Shown piece by piece: positions 25,024 through 33,719 of a DNA stretch of 64,000 bases (position 1 is its first letter; each line of letters opens with the position of its first letter). The notes beneath the pieces were generated by a model, which was not told the origin of the DNA, ran no database searches, and saw nothing but the letters and a program-made list of their open reading frames with translations. Position numbers and translations under genes: made by a program. The stretch lies in IMG/VR virus record IMGVR_UViG_3300012665_001205; one strand, 5' to 3'. Origin of the DNA: an uncultured virus (IMG/VR IMGVR_UViG_3300012665_001205) (taxonomy: Duplodnaviria > Heunggongvirae > Uroviricota > Caudoviricetes > Crassvirales).

Positions 25024-27693
25024 ATGAGCAAGAATACGGGGACATCGGAATTAATAAACTACTTTGACTTAGGTGCCAATGGGGATGTGGGCATTGCAGG
25101 AAGCTTAGATGTAAACACTATTGCTAATGCTACTACTGATACTGATAAGTTCCTAGTCTCAGACACAGGGATTATTAAATACCGTACAGGCACACAACTC
25201 CTCTCAGACATAGGTGCTCAAGGTGCCCTCACTAACCCAGTAACAGGAACAGGATCAAATGGAACAATTCCTGTTTTTACTGGCAGCACAACTCTTGGAA
25301 ATAGCATCATACAATCAAATGCTACTCAAGTAAACATTGTTGGCAATGGCTCGCAATTACTTTTTGATTCTTTGGGACAGAGTAAATCTGGAGGAATCCA
25401 ATACACAAATGATTTTGAATTATTAATAAATAATAGTAGAGGGACTGGAAGTGCTATTTTTCTAGGAAATACAAATATAGATTTTAACACTAATGTATCT
25501 GGTAATCCTAGAATTAGGATTACAGACTTAGGCAATGTTGGTATAAATACTACGACTCCAGCAACAACCTTGGAGGTTAACGGAGTAGGGTTATTTAGTG
25601 GGATTTCTTTAGTTGGCAACACAAAAAATGGAGTTTATATTTTAGATACTGTTATTGCTTCATTGGCTGGAAGTGGTGCTAGACCTTTGCAGATTCAATC
25701 TCAAACTCTATCAATTTATACAGGAAATACCTATTCCGAAAAATTAAAAGTATTTGAAAACGGAAACGTAGTAATTAGTACAAGCCCAGCAGATGCTGGC
25801 TTTAAACTTGATGTCAACGGAACAGTAAGGTTTAGTGGAGCTTTGACTTTAACTGCGTCAGCAAATAGAATTAATAGCGGTAATGAATTAAGATTTTATC
25901 GAGTCGACAATGCTATTTATACTCAGTTATATGATGGAGGAAATGCAAATGGTTTTGTTTTAGATAATAGAAATGGTGACGGTTTTAGTTTTCAGTCTGC
26001 TGGAACAAATCAATTAAGAATTTCTTCCACAGGCGCATCTACTTTTTCAAGTAAAGTTGGTGTTGGAGGGGCCGCTCCTACTTATTCAATTACTGCTTAC
26101 AATGCAAGCAACGGAACTACTGCGGCTTTTGGTGGAACTGCTAGAGGTATAAGAATCGATAACGATGGAACATTTAGTTCGGGTAGGTCTACGATTTATG
26201 GAGTTGATAGTTCATTCTATGGTAGTTATCAACCACTAAGTATTGAAGCATCGTCTTTGGCTTTACAGGCAGTAACTGGCGGCAATGTTGGCATAGGCAC
26301 GGCTAGTCCTGATGCAAATAGTAGACTTGATGTAAATGGTCAAGCATTTGTTGCGCGTTTAGCAGTATATAACAATAATGGTACTCCATCACTTGGAACA
26401 TCTCCAATGTTATATTCTCCAGCAAGTGGAACATTAGCATTTTCAACTGCAACTGCCGAACGAATGCGCATTACCTCAGGCGGACAATTACTTATAGGTA
26501 CAACTTCTACGGATTCTGGAATTTCTGTTGATTTTCAAAATTTATCAAGTGCATCAAGTAACGTACTGGTTAGAGCTAAAAATACCACACTTAATGAGGA
26601 TTGTGGTTTTGTAATTAGTGCTAATAGTTCTGGAACACAAAGAGATTATATAATTGGTATTCAAACTATTGTTAACTCTCCCGATTTAACATTTAGTGGC
26701 CCTACTGGATTTCAGTGGTATGTTGGAGGAACCGAACGAATGCGCATCACTTCGGGGGGGGCAGTTTGTGTAAACAGAAATGATGCTCCTTATGGTAATT
26801 TTGTAATAAAATCTAATAGTACTACATCCTATGCAGGATTAAATGTGTATGCAAATGGATCTGAAAGATTCATAGCTTTAAACCACACAGGAAGCGAAGG
26901 TATTATAGAAACTGAATTCGGAGTAGGTGGTGGACATACTCCATTGACATTCCGTACAGGAGGAAGCGAACGAATGCGCATCACTTCGGGGGGGGATGTA
27001 TGTATTGGTATTACTTCTGCATTACAACCTGCTACAAATAGAGGGTCTTTATCTATTAATGGTGCAAGCAGTTCTATTTTATCATTTGGTGTTGGTAGTG
27101 CTACAAAAGCATATCTTTATACTGGTGGTACTACTTTAACAATAGAAAGTACTGGCGCAAGTGGTGATATGGTATTTGCAACAGGAAGTGCAGATAGATT
27201 AAAAATAACAAGCAGTGGCAACGTGCTTATTGGAACGACAACGGATGGGGGATATAAACTAGATGTTGCTGGTAAAGCGAGAGTAAATAATTCAGACGGT
27301 TTTTTTCTTCAAAGTGGTTCACAATTTAGACAAATGTATTTTGATGGATTCAGTACTTTGTATTTTTGGAACGGCTCAAATCAGGCAAATTTATCAAGTG
27401 CTGGAGCTTGGGTAAATGCCTCAGACATTACGATTAAAAAAGAGATTACAGAAATAAAATATACCCTTTCAGATTTGCTAAAACTTAAGCCAAAAAGCTA
27501 TAAAATGGTAAATAATGATTTGAATCAAATTGGTTTTATTGCTCAAGATGTTGAAAAAATTATTTCTGAATTAGTAACTACTGATGATAAAGGAATGAAA
27601 TCCTTGAATTATGGAAATATGAATGCTTTAATTGTAAAGGCAATACAAGAACAACAAAAACAAATTGAAGAACTAAAAAACAAATTATCATGA
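25024..27693 (+). CDS. Tail fibre with C-terminal peptidase S74 intramolecular chaperone
   Basis: Repeated ERMRITSGG and GNVGIGT modules; C-terminal SD..IK..I, GFIAQDVE, KAIQEQQ coiled coil. Confidence 0.9.
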   Translation: MSKNTGTSELINYFDLGANGDVGIAGSLDVNTIANATTDTDKFLVSDTGIIKYRTGTQLLSDIGAQGALTNPVTGTGSNGTIPVFTGSTTLGNSIIQSNATQVNIVGNGSQLLFDSLGQSKSGGIQYTNDFELLINNSRGTGSAIFLGNTNIDFNTNVSGNPRIRITDLGNVGINTTTPATTLEVNGVGLFSGISLVGNTKNGVYILDTVIASLAGSGARPLQIQSQTLSIYTGNTYSEKLKVFENGNVVISTSPADAGFKLDVNGTVRFSGALTLTASANRINSGNELRFYRVDNAIYTQLYDGGNANGFVLDNRNGDGFSFQSAGTNQLRISSTGASTFSSKVGVGGAAPTYSITAYNASNGTTAAFGGTARGIRIDNDGTFSSGRSTIYGVDSSFYGSYQPLSIEASSLALQAVTGGNVGIGTASPDANSRLDVNGQAFVARLAVYNNNGTPSLGTSPMLYSPASGTLAFSTATAERMRITSGGQLLIGTTSTDSGISVDFQNLSSASSNVLVRAKNTTLNEDCGFVISANSSGTQRDYIIGIQTIVNSPDLTFSGPTGFQWYVGGTERMRITSGGAVCVNRNDAPYGNFVIKSNSTTSYAGLNVYANGSERFIALNHTGSEGIIETEFGVGGGHTPLTFRTGGSERMRITSGGDVCIGITSALQPATNRGSLSINGASSSILSFGVGSATKAYLYTGGTTLTIESTGASGDMVFATGSADRLKITSSGNVLIGTTTDGGYKLDVAGKARVNNSDGFFLQSGSQFRQMYFDGFSTLYFWNGSNQANLSSAGAWVNASDITIKKEITEIKYTLSDLLKLKPKSYKMVNNDLNQIGFIAQDVEKIISELVTTDDKGMKSLNYGNMNALIVKAIQEQQKQIEELKNKLS

Positions 27694-28046
27694 AAACAAT
27701 CGAAGCAGTCTCAATCTGGGACAACGGACAAACAGTAGAGGCAACTATCTTAAACGCTTACGCTGTAAATGTTACACTAGGAACAAGTGCGACATTCTAT
27801 TATCAACTACTATCTCAAACAGCTGAGGGGTATGTATCTCAACAAGTGGCACAAGGAAACTTGAGCATGACTGGTGAAGCATACGCTCAGTGGGAAGTGG
27901 ACTCCTACGCATGGGACTGGGTAGCATCAGAGCTTAACCTAACCATCACTGGTGACTATGTACCACCTGTACCACCAGCTCCTGAGCCAACTCCTGAACC
28001 AGTCGTTACAGAGGTTATTGTAGAAGAAGGAGTTAGTGCAGAATAA
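27690..28046 (+). CDS. Fibre-associated protein
   Basis: Coupled to the fibre gene; FYYQL...GNL.M.GE.Y..W; Pro-rich tail. Confidence 0.6.
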   Translation: MKTIEAVSIWDNGQTVEATILNAYAVNVTLGTSATFYYQLLSQTAEGYVSQQVAQGNLSMTGEAYAQWEVDSYAWDWVASELNLTITGDYVPPVPPAPEPTPEPVVTEVIVEEGVSAE

Positions 28047-28081
28047 AAAATAGTGTTATATTTGTTAAAAATTAAATCTTT

Positions 28082-28477
28082 ATGAAACTTAAATTAAAAG
28101 ACCTCGTGCTCTTAAGACAAGAGCTTAATGGGTTGTCTGATCGGACAACTGGACAAGTTTTCTACAAGGGACTGCTTTTGCAGGAGATTCATTTTAAAGC
28201 AAAGTATCATCTTTCAAAACTTTCAAAAGAAGTTGAAAAAGAATTTGAACACCTTGCTGAATCTGAAAAAGAACTATTTAAAAAATACTTTGGTGAAACA
28301 GAGCCAGAACAAACAAAGGAATTCTTTGAAAGTGAAGCTTTTATAAACTATAGTACTGTTAGGGCTGAGCTATTTGATGAGGAGATTGACTTTAATGACT
28401 TTTCTTTTTCAATAGATGACTTTGATTTTAAGTCAAGTGAATCTTACCCAACATTTATTGAGTTATTTCTAAAATAA
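28082..28477 (+). CDS. Hypothetical protein, possibly a fibre chaperone
   Basis: Has its own TATATTTG at 28057-28064. Confidence 0.6.
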   Translation: MKLKLKDLVLLRQELNGLSDRTTGQVFYKGLLLQEIHFKAKYHLSKLSKEVEKEFEHLAESEKELFKKYFGETEPEQTKEFFESEAFINYSTVRAELFDEEIDFNDFSFSIDDFDFKSSESYPTFIELFLK

Positions 28478-28498
28478 TACTACGAAATTAAGTAGGAT

Positions 28499-28542
28499 AA
28501 GAAACTCCCACTTCAGCATAAGCTGTGGTGGGATTTCTTTTT
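28499..28542 (+). terminator. Intrinsic terminator-like hairpin
   Basis: AAGAAACTCCCAC...GTGGGATTTCTT followed by a T tract. Confidence 0.55.
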
Positions 28543-28587
28543 ATCTCGCAAAAAAGCATTATTTTTGAGAAAAAAAAGATTAGATAA

Positions 28588-28797
28588 ATGAGTAATATTC
28601 CACCATTCGAGCAGGTGCTAGGTTTAGGCGTTATAGGGGCAGTTACTTCAGTAATTAGCATGAACGAAACCCTTAAATTCCTAATTTTAATTTTGACGTT
28701 TCTAGGTTTGTTAATCAAGCTTTGGGAACAAATCAAAAAAAGCGAGTTTTTTTTAAATGATGTTAAAAATATCTGGCGCAAAATATTTAAGAAATAA
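28588..28797 (+). CDS. Holin-like membrane protein
   Basis: Hydrophobic segments and basic C-terminus; upstream of the endolysin; TATTTTTG at 28560. Confidence 0.55.
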   Translation: MSNIPPFEQVLGLGVIGAVTSVISMNETLKFLILILTFLGLLIKLWEQIKKSEFFLNDVKNIWRKIFKK

Positions 28798-29009
28798 TGA
28801 AAAAGTTTTTTGATTGGGCTAAAGGATTTGTATCTGAGAATGGTGAAGCATCAAGCAAAAGATTTGTTGGTGTTATTAGCGCAATAGCATTATGTTGGAC
28901 TCTTTATTTTAATCCTAATGAACCTCTTGTTTATTCAGTAGCTGCCCTATCTGCCGCTGCCTTGGGTATTACCGCAGCTGAAAAGATATTTAAAAAACCT
29001 ATAAATTAA
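28797..29009 (+). CDS. Holin-like membrane protein
   Basis: SSKRF plus two predicted TM helices; directly before the endolysin. Confidence 0.65.
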   Translation: MKKFFDWAKGFVSENGEASSKRFVGVISAIALCWTLYFNPNEPLVYSVAALSAAALGITAAEKIFKKPIN

Positions 29010-29614
29010 TGAATACTCAAAATCTAGCAACAAAATTACCAAAGGCTGCATCTTCTTATATGCTGCAAGTTGTCGATAAGTACAATATTAAAAACCCTTT
29101 GAATCTTGCTCACTTTCTAGCACAGATAGCTCACGAGTCTGGTAATTTTCAATTTGTTACTGAGAATTTGAATTATTCTGCTGAAGGTCTTAGAAAGATA
29201 TTTCCTAAATACTTTGCTGATAATATTACTGCAATGAAGTATGCAAGGAATAGTGAAGCAATTGGTTCAAGAGTATACGCTAGTAGAATGGGTAACGGTG
29301 ACGAGGCGTCAAAGGAAGGATTCAAGTTTAGAGGTAGAGGATATATTCAGTTGACAGGTAAGAGCAACTACAAAGCTTTTTCTGATTTCATTAAAGAAGA
29401 CTGTGTGGCAAATCCAGATCTAGTATCAACAAAGTATCCAATGGATTCAGCAATCTGGTTCTTTGACAAAAATAAACTTTGGGATATTTGCGCTAAAGGG
29501 TCAGGTGATGATACCGTAACCGCAGTTACTAAAAGAGTTAACGGTGGAACTCACGGGTTGGCAGATAGAATTACTAAATTTAAACTATACTATTCACTAC
29601 TAGAGCAAGATTAA
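29009..29614 (+). CDS. Glycoside hydrolase family 19 endolysin
   Basis: AHFLAQIAHESGNF, ENLNYSA, FRGRGYIQLTGKSNY, TKRVNGG..GL.DR. Confidence 0.93.
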   Translation: MNTQNLATKLPKAASSYMLQVVDKYNIKNPLNLAHFLAQIAHESGNFQFVTENLNYSAEGLRKIFPKYFADNITAMKYARNSEAIGSRVYASRMGNGDEASKEGFKFRGRGYIQLTGKSNYKAFSDFIKEDCVANPDLVSTKYPMDSAIWFFDKNKLWDICAKGSGDDTVTAVTKRVNGGTHGLADRITKFKLYYSLLEQD

Positions 29615-29615
29615 C

Positions 29616-30149
29616 ATGAACAAGAATATTATAGAAGTATTGGCTTGGTTTATTTTCGGGTGTATTGTTACTATTATAATTTATCCACACGAAGAACAGG
29701 AAAGTACTTTTGATGTTGTAACTGAAGTTAGGACTGATACTGTATTTATTAATAATATTGACACTGTTTATATCCCTAAAAAAGAAATAAAAACGGAAGT
29801 TTTAAGGGATACAATTTTGGTTGATTATAAGCCTACTATTAGCTCATTTGAGACTACATTTCCATTTGAGTATGGAAGTACTAAGGTTAGTGGAGAAGTC
29901 CTCGGAGAGGTACTTAAAATGACAGCTACTAACGATTATAAAATACCAGTTGTTACAAATACAATTACTGAAACAAGAACAGAAACAATAGTCAAAAAGC
30001 CAAATGGTATTTATATTGGAGGTGCAGTTAACTCTATACTTGAGCCAAGCGCATCAGTATCTTATTTAGACAACAAGTATTTATTTAGCTATCAATACCA
30101 ACCATTTACTCGCACTCATCAAATTGGTATTAGTAAGAAATTGTTTTAA
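29616..30149 (+). CDS. Membrane-anchored lysis accessory (spanin-like) protein
   Basis: N-terminal TM helix, DTV repeats, amphipathic beta C-terminus ending in F. Confidence 0.5.
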   Translation: MNKNIIEVLAWFIFGCIVTIIIYPHEEQESTFDVVTEVRTDTVFINNIDTVYIPKKEIKTEVLRDTILVDYKPTISSFETTFPFEYGSTKVSGEVLGEVLKMTATNDYKIPVVTNTITETRTETIVKKPNGIYIGGAVNSILEPSASVSYLDNKYLFSYQYQPFTRTHQIGISKKLF

Positions 30150-30198
30150 TTTGCGATATTAGATAAAAAAACTCATATTTGTATTTAATTATAATCAA

Positions 30199-30429
30199 AT
30201 GGCACAAATCGAAAAAACACAACTAGAGAAGATCCACAGTCTACGAGTAGCTTATGCAACAGCTAAGTTGAGAATTGCTGAGATCGAAATTGAGAAGCAA
30301 GGTCTTTTCATTCAACTTTCAAAGGTATCTGAGCAGATCTTCGAAGAAGAAGAAGCTATCAAGGCTGAGTTCGGGGAGAACGCAGTTATTGACTTAAAAA
30401 CAGGTGAGGTGACCAATGGTAATTCGTAA
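30199..30429 (+). CDS. Coiled-coil hypothetical protein
   Basis: Heptad helix; FG...IDLKTGEV. Confidence 0.7.
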   Translation: MAQIEKTQLEKIHSLRVAYATAKLRIAEIEIEKQGLFIQLSKVSEQIFEEEEAIKAEFGENAVIDLKTGEVTNGNS

Positions 30430-30649
30430 AGTATCTATTGGTGCAGACTACAAGGGAAGCTCTATGCATTACGTTGTAGGTCAGCCTGTGTTTAACGATG
30501 CCTATAAGATACACCTGATTAGAGAGGTTAATAGACGCATTGAGATATTTGTTATTCATGGTGAGGAAGGATCAGGTGAGATTTACCTGTGGAAGACTTT
30601 TAATGAGAACATGCCAGCAACTTTGGAGTTTAATTTAGACTTTGAATGA
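30416..30649 (+). CDS. Conserved hypothetical protein
   Basis: IRKVSIG.DYK..MHY.VGQ...WK.FN.NMP. Confidence 0.75.
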   Translation: MVIRKVSIGADYKGSSMHYVVGQPVFNDAYKIHLIREVNRRIEIFVIHGEEGSGEIYLWKTFNENMPATLEFNLDFE

Positions 30650-31224
30650 GATCACCATTTCACTTTATCGTAGAGCCTGTAGGTGGTTCTAGGTATGATA
30701 ACGTGAAGAGCATTTCAGGTATAGACTTTATAACTAGCTCTTCAAAAGAGGATCATAAGGCATCAAATAGATATGCTAAGGTTCTTGCTACTCCTATAGG
30801 GTATACTGGAGAAGTAATGCCAGGAGATACTGTTATTGTTCATCATAATGTGTTTAAGTACTATAACGACATTCATGGTAACGAAAGAAGCGGAAGGTCA
30901 TACCTATTTGAGAATATCTTCTTAATAGATGATGATCAGTTTTTTCTTTACAAGAGAGAGAATGAGTGGAAAGCTCATTCTAGATATTGTTTTGTTATGC
31001 CAGAAAAGAGAATGGATAACTACATTCTTTCAAAGATAGGTAACGAGGAATATCTTAGAGGGACACTTATATATCCTAACCAAGAACTTATAGACAAGGG
31101 GTTGAATAGTGGGGACAAGGTCGCATTTACTCCAGAGAGCGAGTATGAGTTTGAGATAGATGGTGTTATATTGTACAGAATGTATTCTAAAAATGTTTGC
31201 CTAGAGTTGAATGGAATTAAATGA
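30646..31224 (+). CDS. Tandem GroES-like domain protein
   Basis: Two halves each carrying a GDTV/GDKV motif (PGDTVIVHHN; SGDKVAFTP.SEYEF.IDG..LY.M). Confidence 0.6.
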   Translation: MRSPFHFIVEPVGGSRYDNVKSISGIDFITSSSKEDHKASNRYAKVLATPIGYTGEVMPGDTVIVHHNVFKYYNDIHGNERSGRSYLFENIFLIDDDQFFLYKRENEWKAHSRYCFVMPEKRMDNYILSKIGNEEYLRGTLIYPNQELIDKGLNSGDKVAFTPESEYEFEIDGVILYRMYSKNVCLELNGIK

Positions 31225-31489
31225 AACAAAGAGAAAGATTATCAGTGCTGGCCGAAAGGCTGTAATGCACTTAATAGAAGTTGCTGAGGAGAGGATTATT
31301 TCTGGAGGTGAGGAAGATCTTTCTGCTGACAAGCTTAAAAATGCTGCTGCAACTAAGAAGCTTGCAATATTTGATGCTTTTGAAATACTTGACAGGATTG
31401 AGGCAGAGCAAGAACTGCTAAATAAAACAGACGAGGATGAAACTGGAAAAGGCGGATTTGCTGAAAGAAGAGCAAAGAGACACGGGTAA
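31211..31489 (+). CDS. Putative terminase small subunit
   Basis: Helical protein directly upstream of TerL; LKNAAATKKLAIFDAFEIL, GFAERR. Confidence 0.55.
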   Translation: MELNETKRKIISAGRKAVMHLIEVAEERIISGGEEDLSADKLKNAAATKKLAIFDAFEILDRIEAEQELLNKTDEDETGKGGFAERRAKRHG

Positions 31490-33719
31490 ACCGCTGTACA
31501 CTATAGTTGATATTATACCCGAAAAGGATAGAATCAAAGGTAATACCAAAAAGATATACCAGTATGGTTATAATTCTGAGTATGATATTGTGGTTATATC
31601 TAAGGACGGAACTATAGGTGAGGTATATCAAATTAACGGTCTTAAGATAGCGTTACCAGAGGAGCCTAAAAAAGTTTATAGCAGGTCTGACAGGAAAGAA
31701 GATCAGTACTGGAATAGATTTGATTTTTCACCAGAGATGTCTAAAATAAAGTCAATATTTCAGTGGAACCACCTGCCTCTTCGTACTAGAAATAACTGGA
31801 TAAGCTATATTGATCAGGAGTTTGATAGAAGAGATAATGGTTTCTGGTTTAAGAATAACGGATTGTCAACATACATTACTGGTGGTCACTACATGTACTT
31901 GCAGTGGTCTAGCATTGACGTTGGATTCCCAGACTTTCGGGAGGCAAACAGAATACTATACATATACTGGGAGGCTTGCAAGGCTGATCCACGATCGTTT
32001 GGAATGGTTTACTTAAAGATCAGACGATCTGGATTTTCTTATATGGCCGATGGTGAGATTGTGAACATTGGAACAAACATTCATAATGGGCGTATAGGAA
32101 TATTGTCAAAGACTGGACCAGATGCGAAAACTATGTTTACGGATAAGGTTGTTCCTACGTTTAGAAATTATCCATTTTTTTTCAAGCCTATTCAGGACGG
32201 TATGGACAATCCAAGAACTGAACTGGCATTTAGAATACCATCCTCTAAGATTACCTCAAAGAACTTTAAGACAATGCACAGTGATGAGGACAAAGAGGAA
32301 GGTCTTAACACTACAATTGACTGGAAGAATACTGCCGACAACAGCTATGATGGAGAGAAGTTGCAGTTACTAGTTCATGATGAAAGTGGAAAGTGGTCTC
32401 AACCAAATAATATTTTAAATAACTGGCGTGTAACAAAAACATGTTTGCGTCTAGGTAGAAAGATCATTGGTAAGTGTATGATGGGCTCTACATCTAATGC
32501 GCTTGACAAGGGTGGAGAGAACTTTAAAAGATTGTATGAGGACTCAAGACCAAACAAGAGATCTGATAACGATCAAACTAAATCTGGTCTTTATGCTTTG
32601 TTTATACCTATGGAGTGGAACATGGAAGGCTTTATAGATAAGTACGGTATGCCAGTATTTAGAAAGCCTGAAAAACCAGTAATTGGTGTCGATGGTGAGC
32701 CTATAAACATTGGGGCTATAGACTATTGGGAGAACGAAGTAAAGTCTCTTAAAAGCGATCCTGATGCACTTAACGAATTCTATCGTCAGTACCCTAGAAC
32801 AGAGTCCCACGCATTCAGAGATGAGAGTAAGCAGTCAATATTCAACCTTACTAAGATCTACACTCAGATTGACTTCAATGACAGTTTGATTGCAGGAAGT
32901 TTTACTACTAAAGGATTTTTTAACTGGAGAGATGGTAAGAAAGATACAGAGGTTGTGTGGACTCCAGACCCAAGAGGTAGATTTAATATATCTTGGGTAC
33001 CTCCACGTGCTCTTCAGAACAGGGTAGAAAGAAAGGGTGATTTATTTTATCCACTAAATGAGCACATCGGTTCGTTCGGTTGTGACTCCTATGATATATC
33101 TGGCACTGTAGATGGTTTTGGATCTAACGGAGCACTCCATGGTCTTACTAAGTTTAATATGGAAGACGCTCCAAGTAACGAGTTCTTTTTAGAATATGTG
33201 GCGAGACCTCAGACAGCAGAAATATTTTTTGAGGAAGTGTTGATGGCCTGCTTCTTTTATGGTATGCCAATTTTGGCAGAAAATAACAAGCCAAGATTGT
33301 TGTATCATTTTAAGAATAGGGGCTATAGACACTTCTGTTTGAATAGACCTGACAAGCCTTTGTCAAAGTTATCAACAACAGAGAGAGAACTAGGAGGAAT
33401 ACCTAACTCAAGTGAAGACGTAAGACAGGCTCACGCATCAGCCATTGAAACATACATTGAAAAAAATGTTGGGTTTGATGTAGAGGCTACTTATAGAGAT
33501 CCATCCGAAATGGGATCAATGTACTTTAATAGAACTTTAAATGATTGGGCAAAGTTTGATATTAGTAATAGAACAAAGTATGACGCCTCTATTAGTTCTG
33601 GTCTAGCTATTATGGCTAATCAAAAGCACATGTATCAGCCTGAAAGAAAAGAGTCAAAAATAAGCATTAAATTTGCAAGATACAAGAACAATGGGACAAC
33701 CAGTCAAATAATTAGCTAA
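31437..33719 (+). CDS. terL: Terminase large subunit
   Basis: KIRRSGFS (Walker A-like), LVHDESGKW (Walker B), GSTSN, nuclease-domain GCDSYD; precedes portal. Start uncertain. Confidence 0.9.
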   Translation: MKLEKADLLKEEQRDTGKPLYTIVDIIPEKDRIKGNTKKIYQYGYNSEYDIVVISKDGTIGEVYQINGLKIALPEEPKKVYSRSDRKEDQYWNRFDFSPEMSKIKSIFQWNHLPLRTRNNWISYIDQEFDRRDNGFWFKNNGLSTYITGGHYMYLQWSSIDVGFPDFREANRILYIYWEACKADPRSFGMVYLKIRRSGFSYMADGEIVNIGTNIHNGRIGILSKTGPDAKTMFTDKVVPTFRNYPFFFKPIQDGMDNPRTELAFRIPSSKITSKNFKTMHSDEDKEEGLNTTIDWKNTADNSYDGEKLQLLVHDESGKWSQPNNILNNWRVTKTCLRLGRKIIGKCMMGSTSNALDKGGENFKRLYEDSRPNKRSDNDQTKSGLYALFIPMEWNMEGFIDKYGMPVFRKPEKPVIGVDGEPINIGAIDYWENEVKSLKSDPDALNEFYRQYPRTESHAFRDESKQSIFNLTKIYTQIDFNDSLIAGSFTTKGFFNWRDGKKDTEVVWTPDPRGRFNISWVPPRALQNRVERKGDLFYPLNEHIGSFGCDSYDISGTVDGFGSNGALHGLTKFNMEDAPSNEFFLEYVARPQTAEIFFEEVLMACFFYGMPILAENNKPRLLYHFKNRGYRHFCLNRPDKPLSKLSTTERELGGIPNSSEDVRQAHASAIETYIEKNVGFDVEATYRDPSEMGSMYFNRTLNDWAKFDISNRTKYDASISSGLAIMANQKHMYQPERKESKISIKFARYKNNGTTSQIIS

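Noticed and set aside
19557..27693. Diversity-generating retroelement or invertase shufflon
   Set aside because: No reverse transcriptase or recombinase in the window, no ~100-bp repeat pair differing at adenines, and the repeats are direct and short.
28499..28542. IS200/IS605-type end
   Set aside because: No transposase or TnpB nearby; position and T tract fit a terminator.
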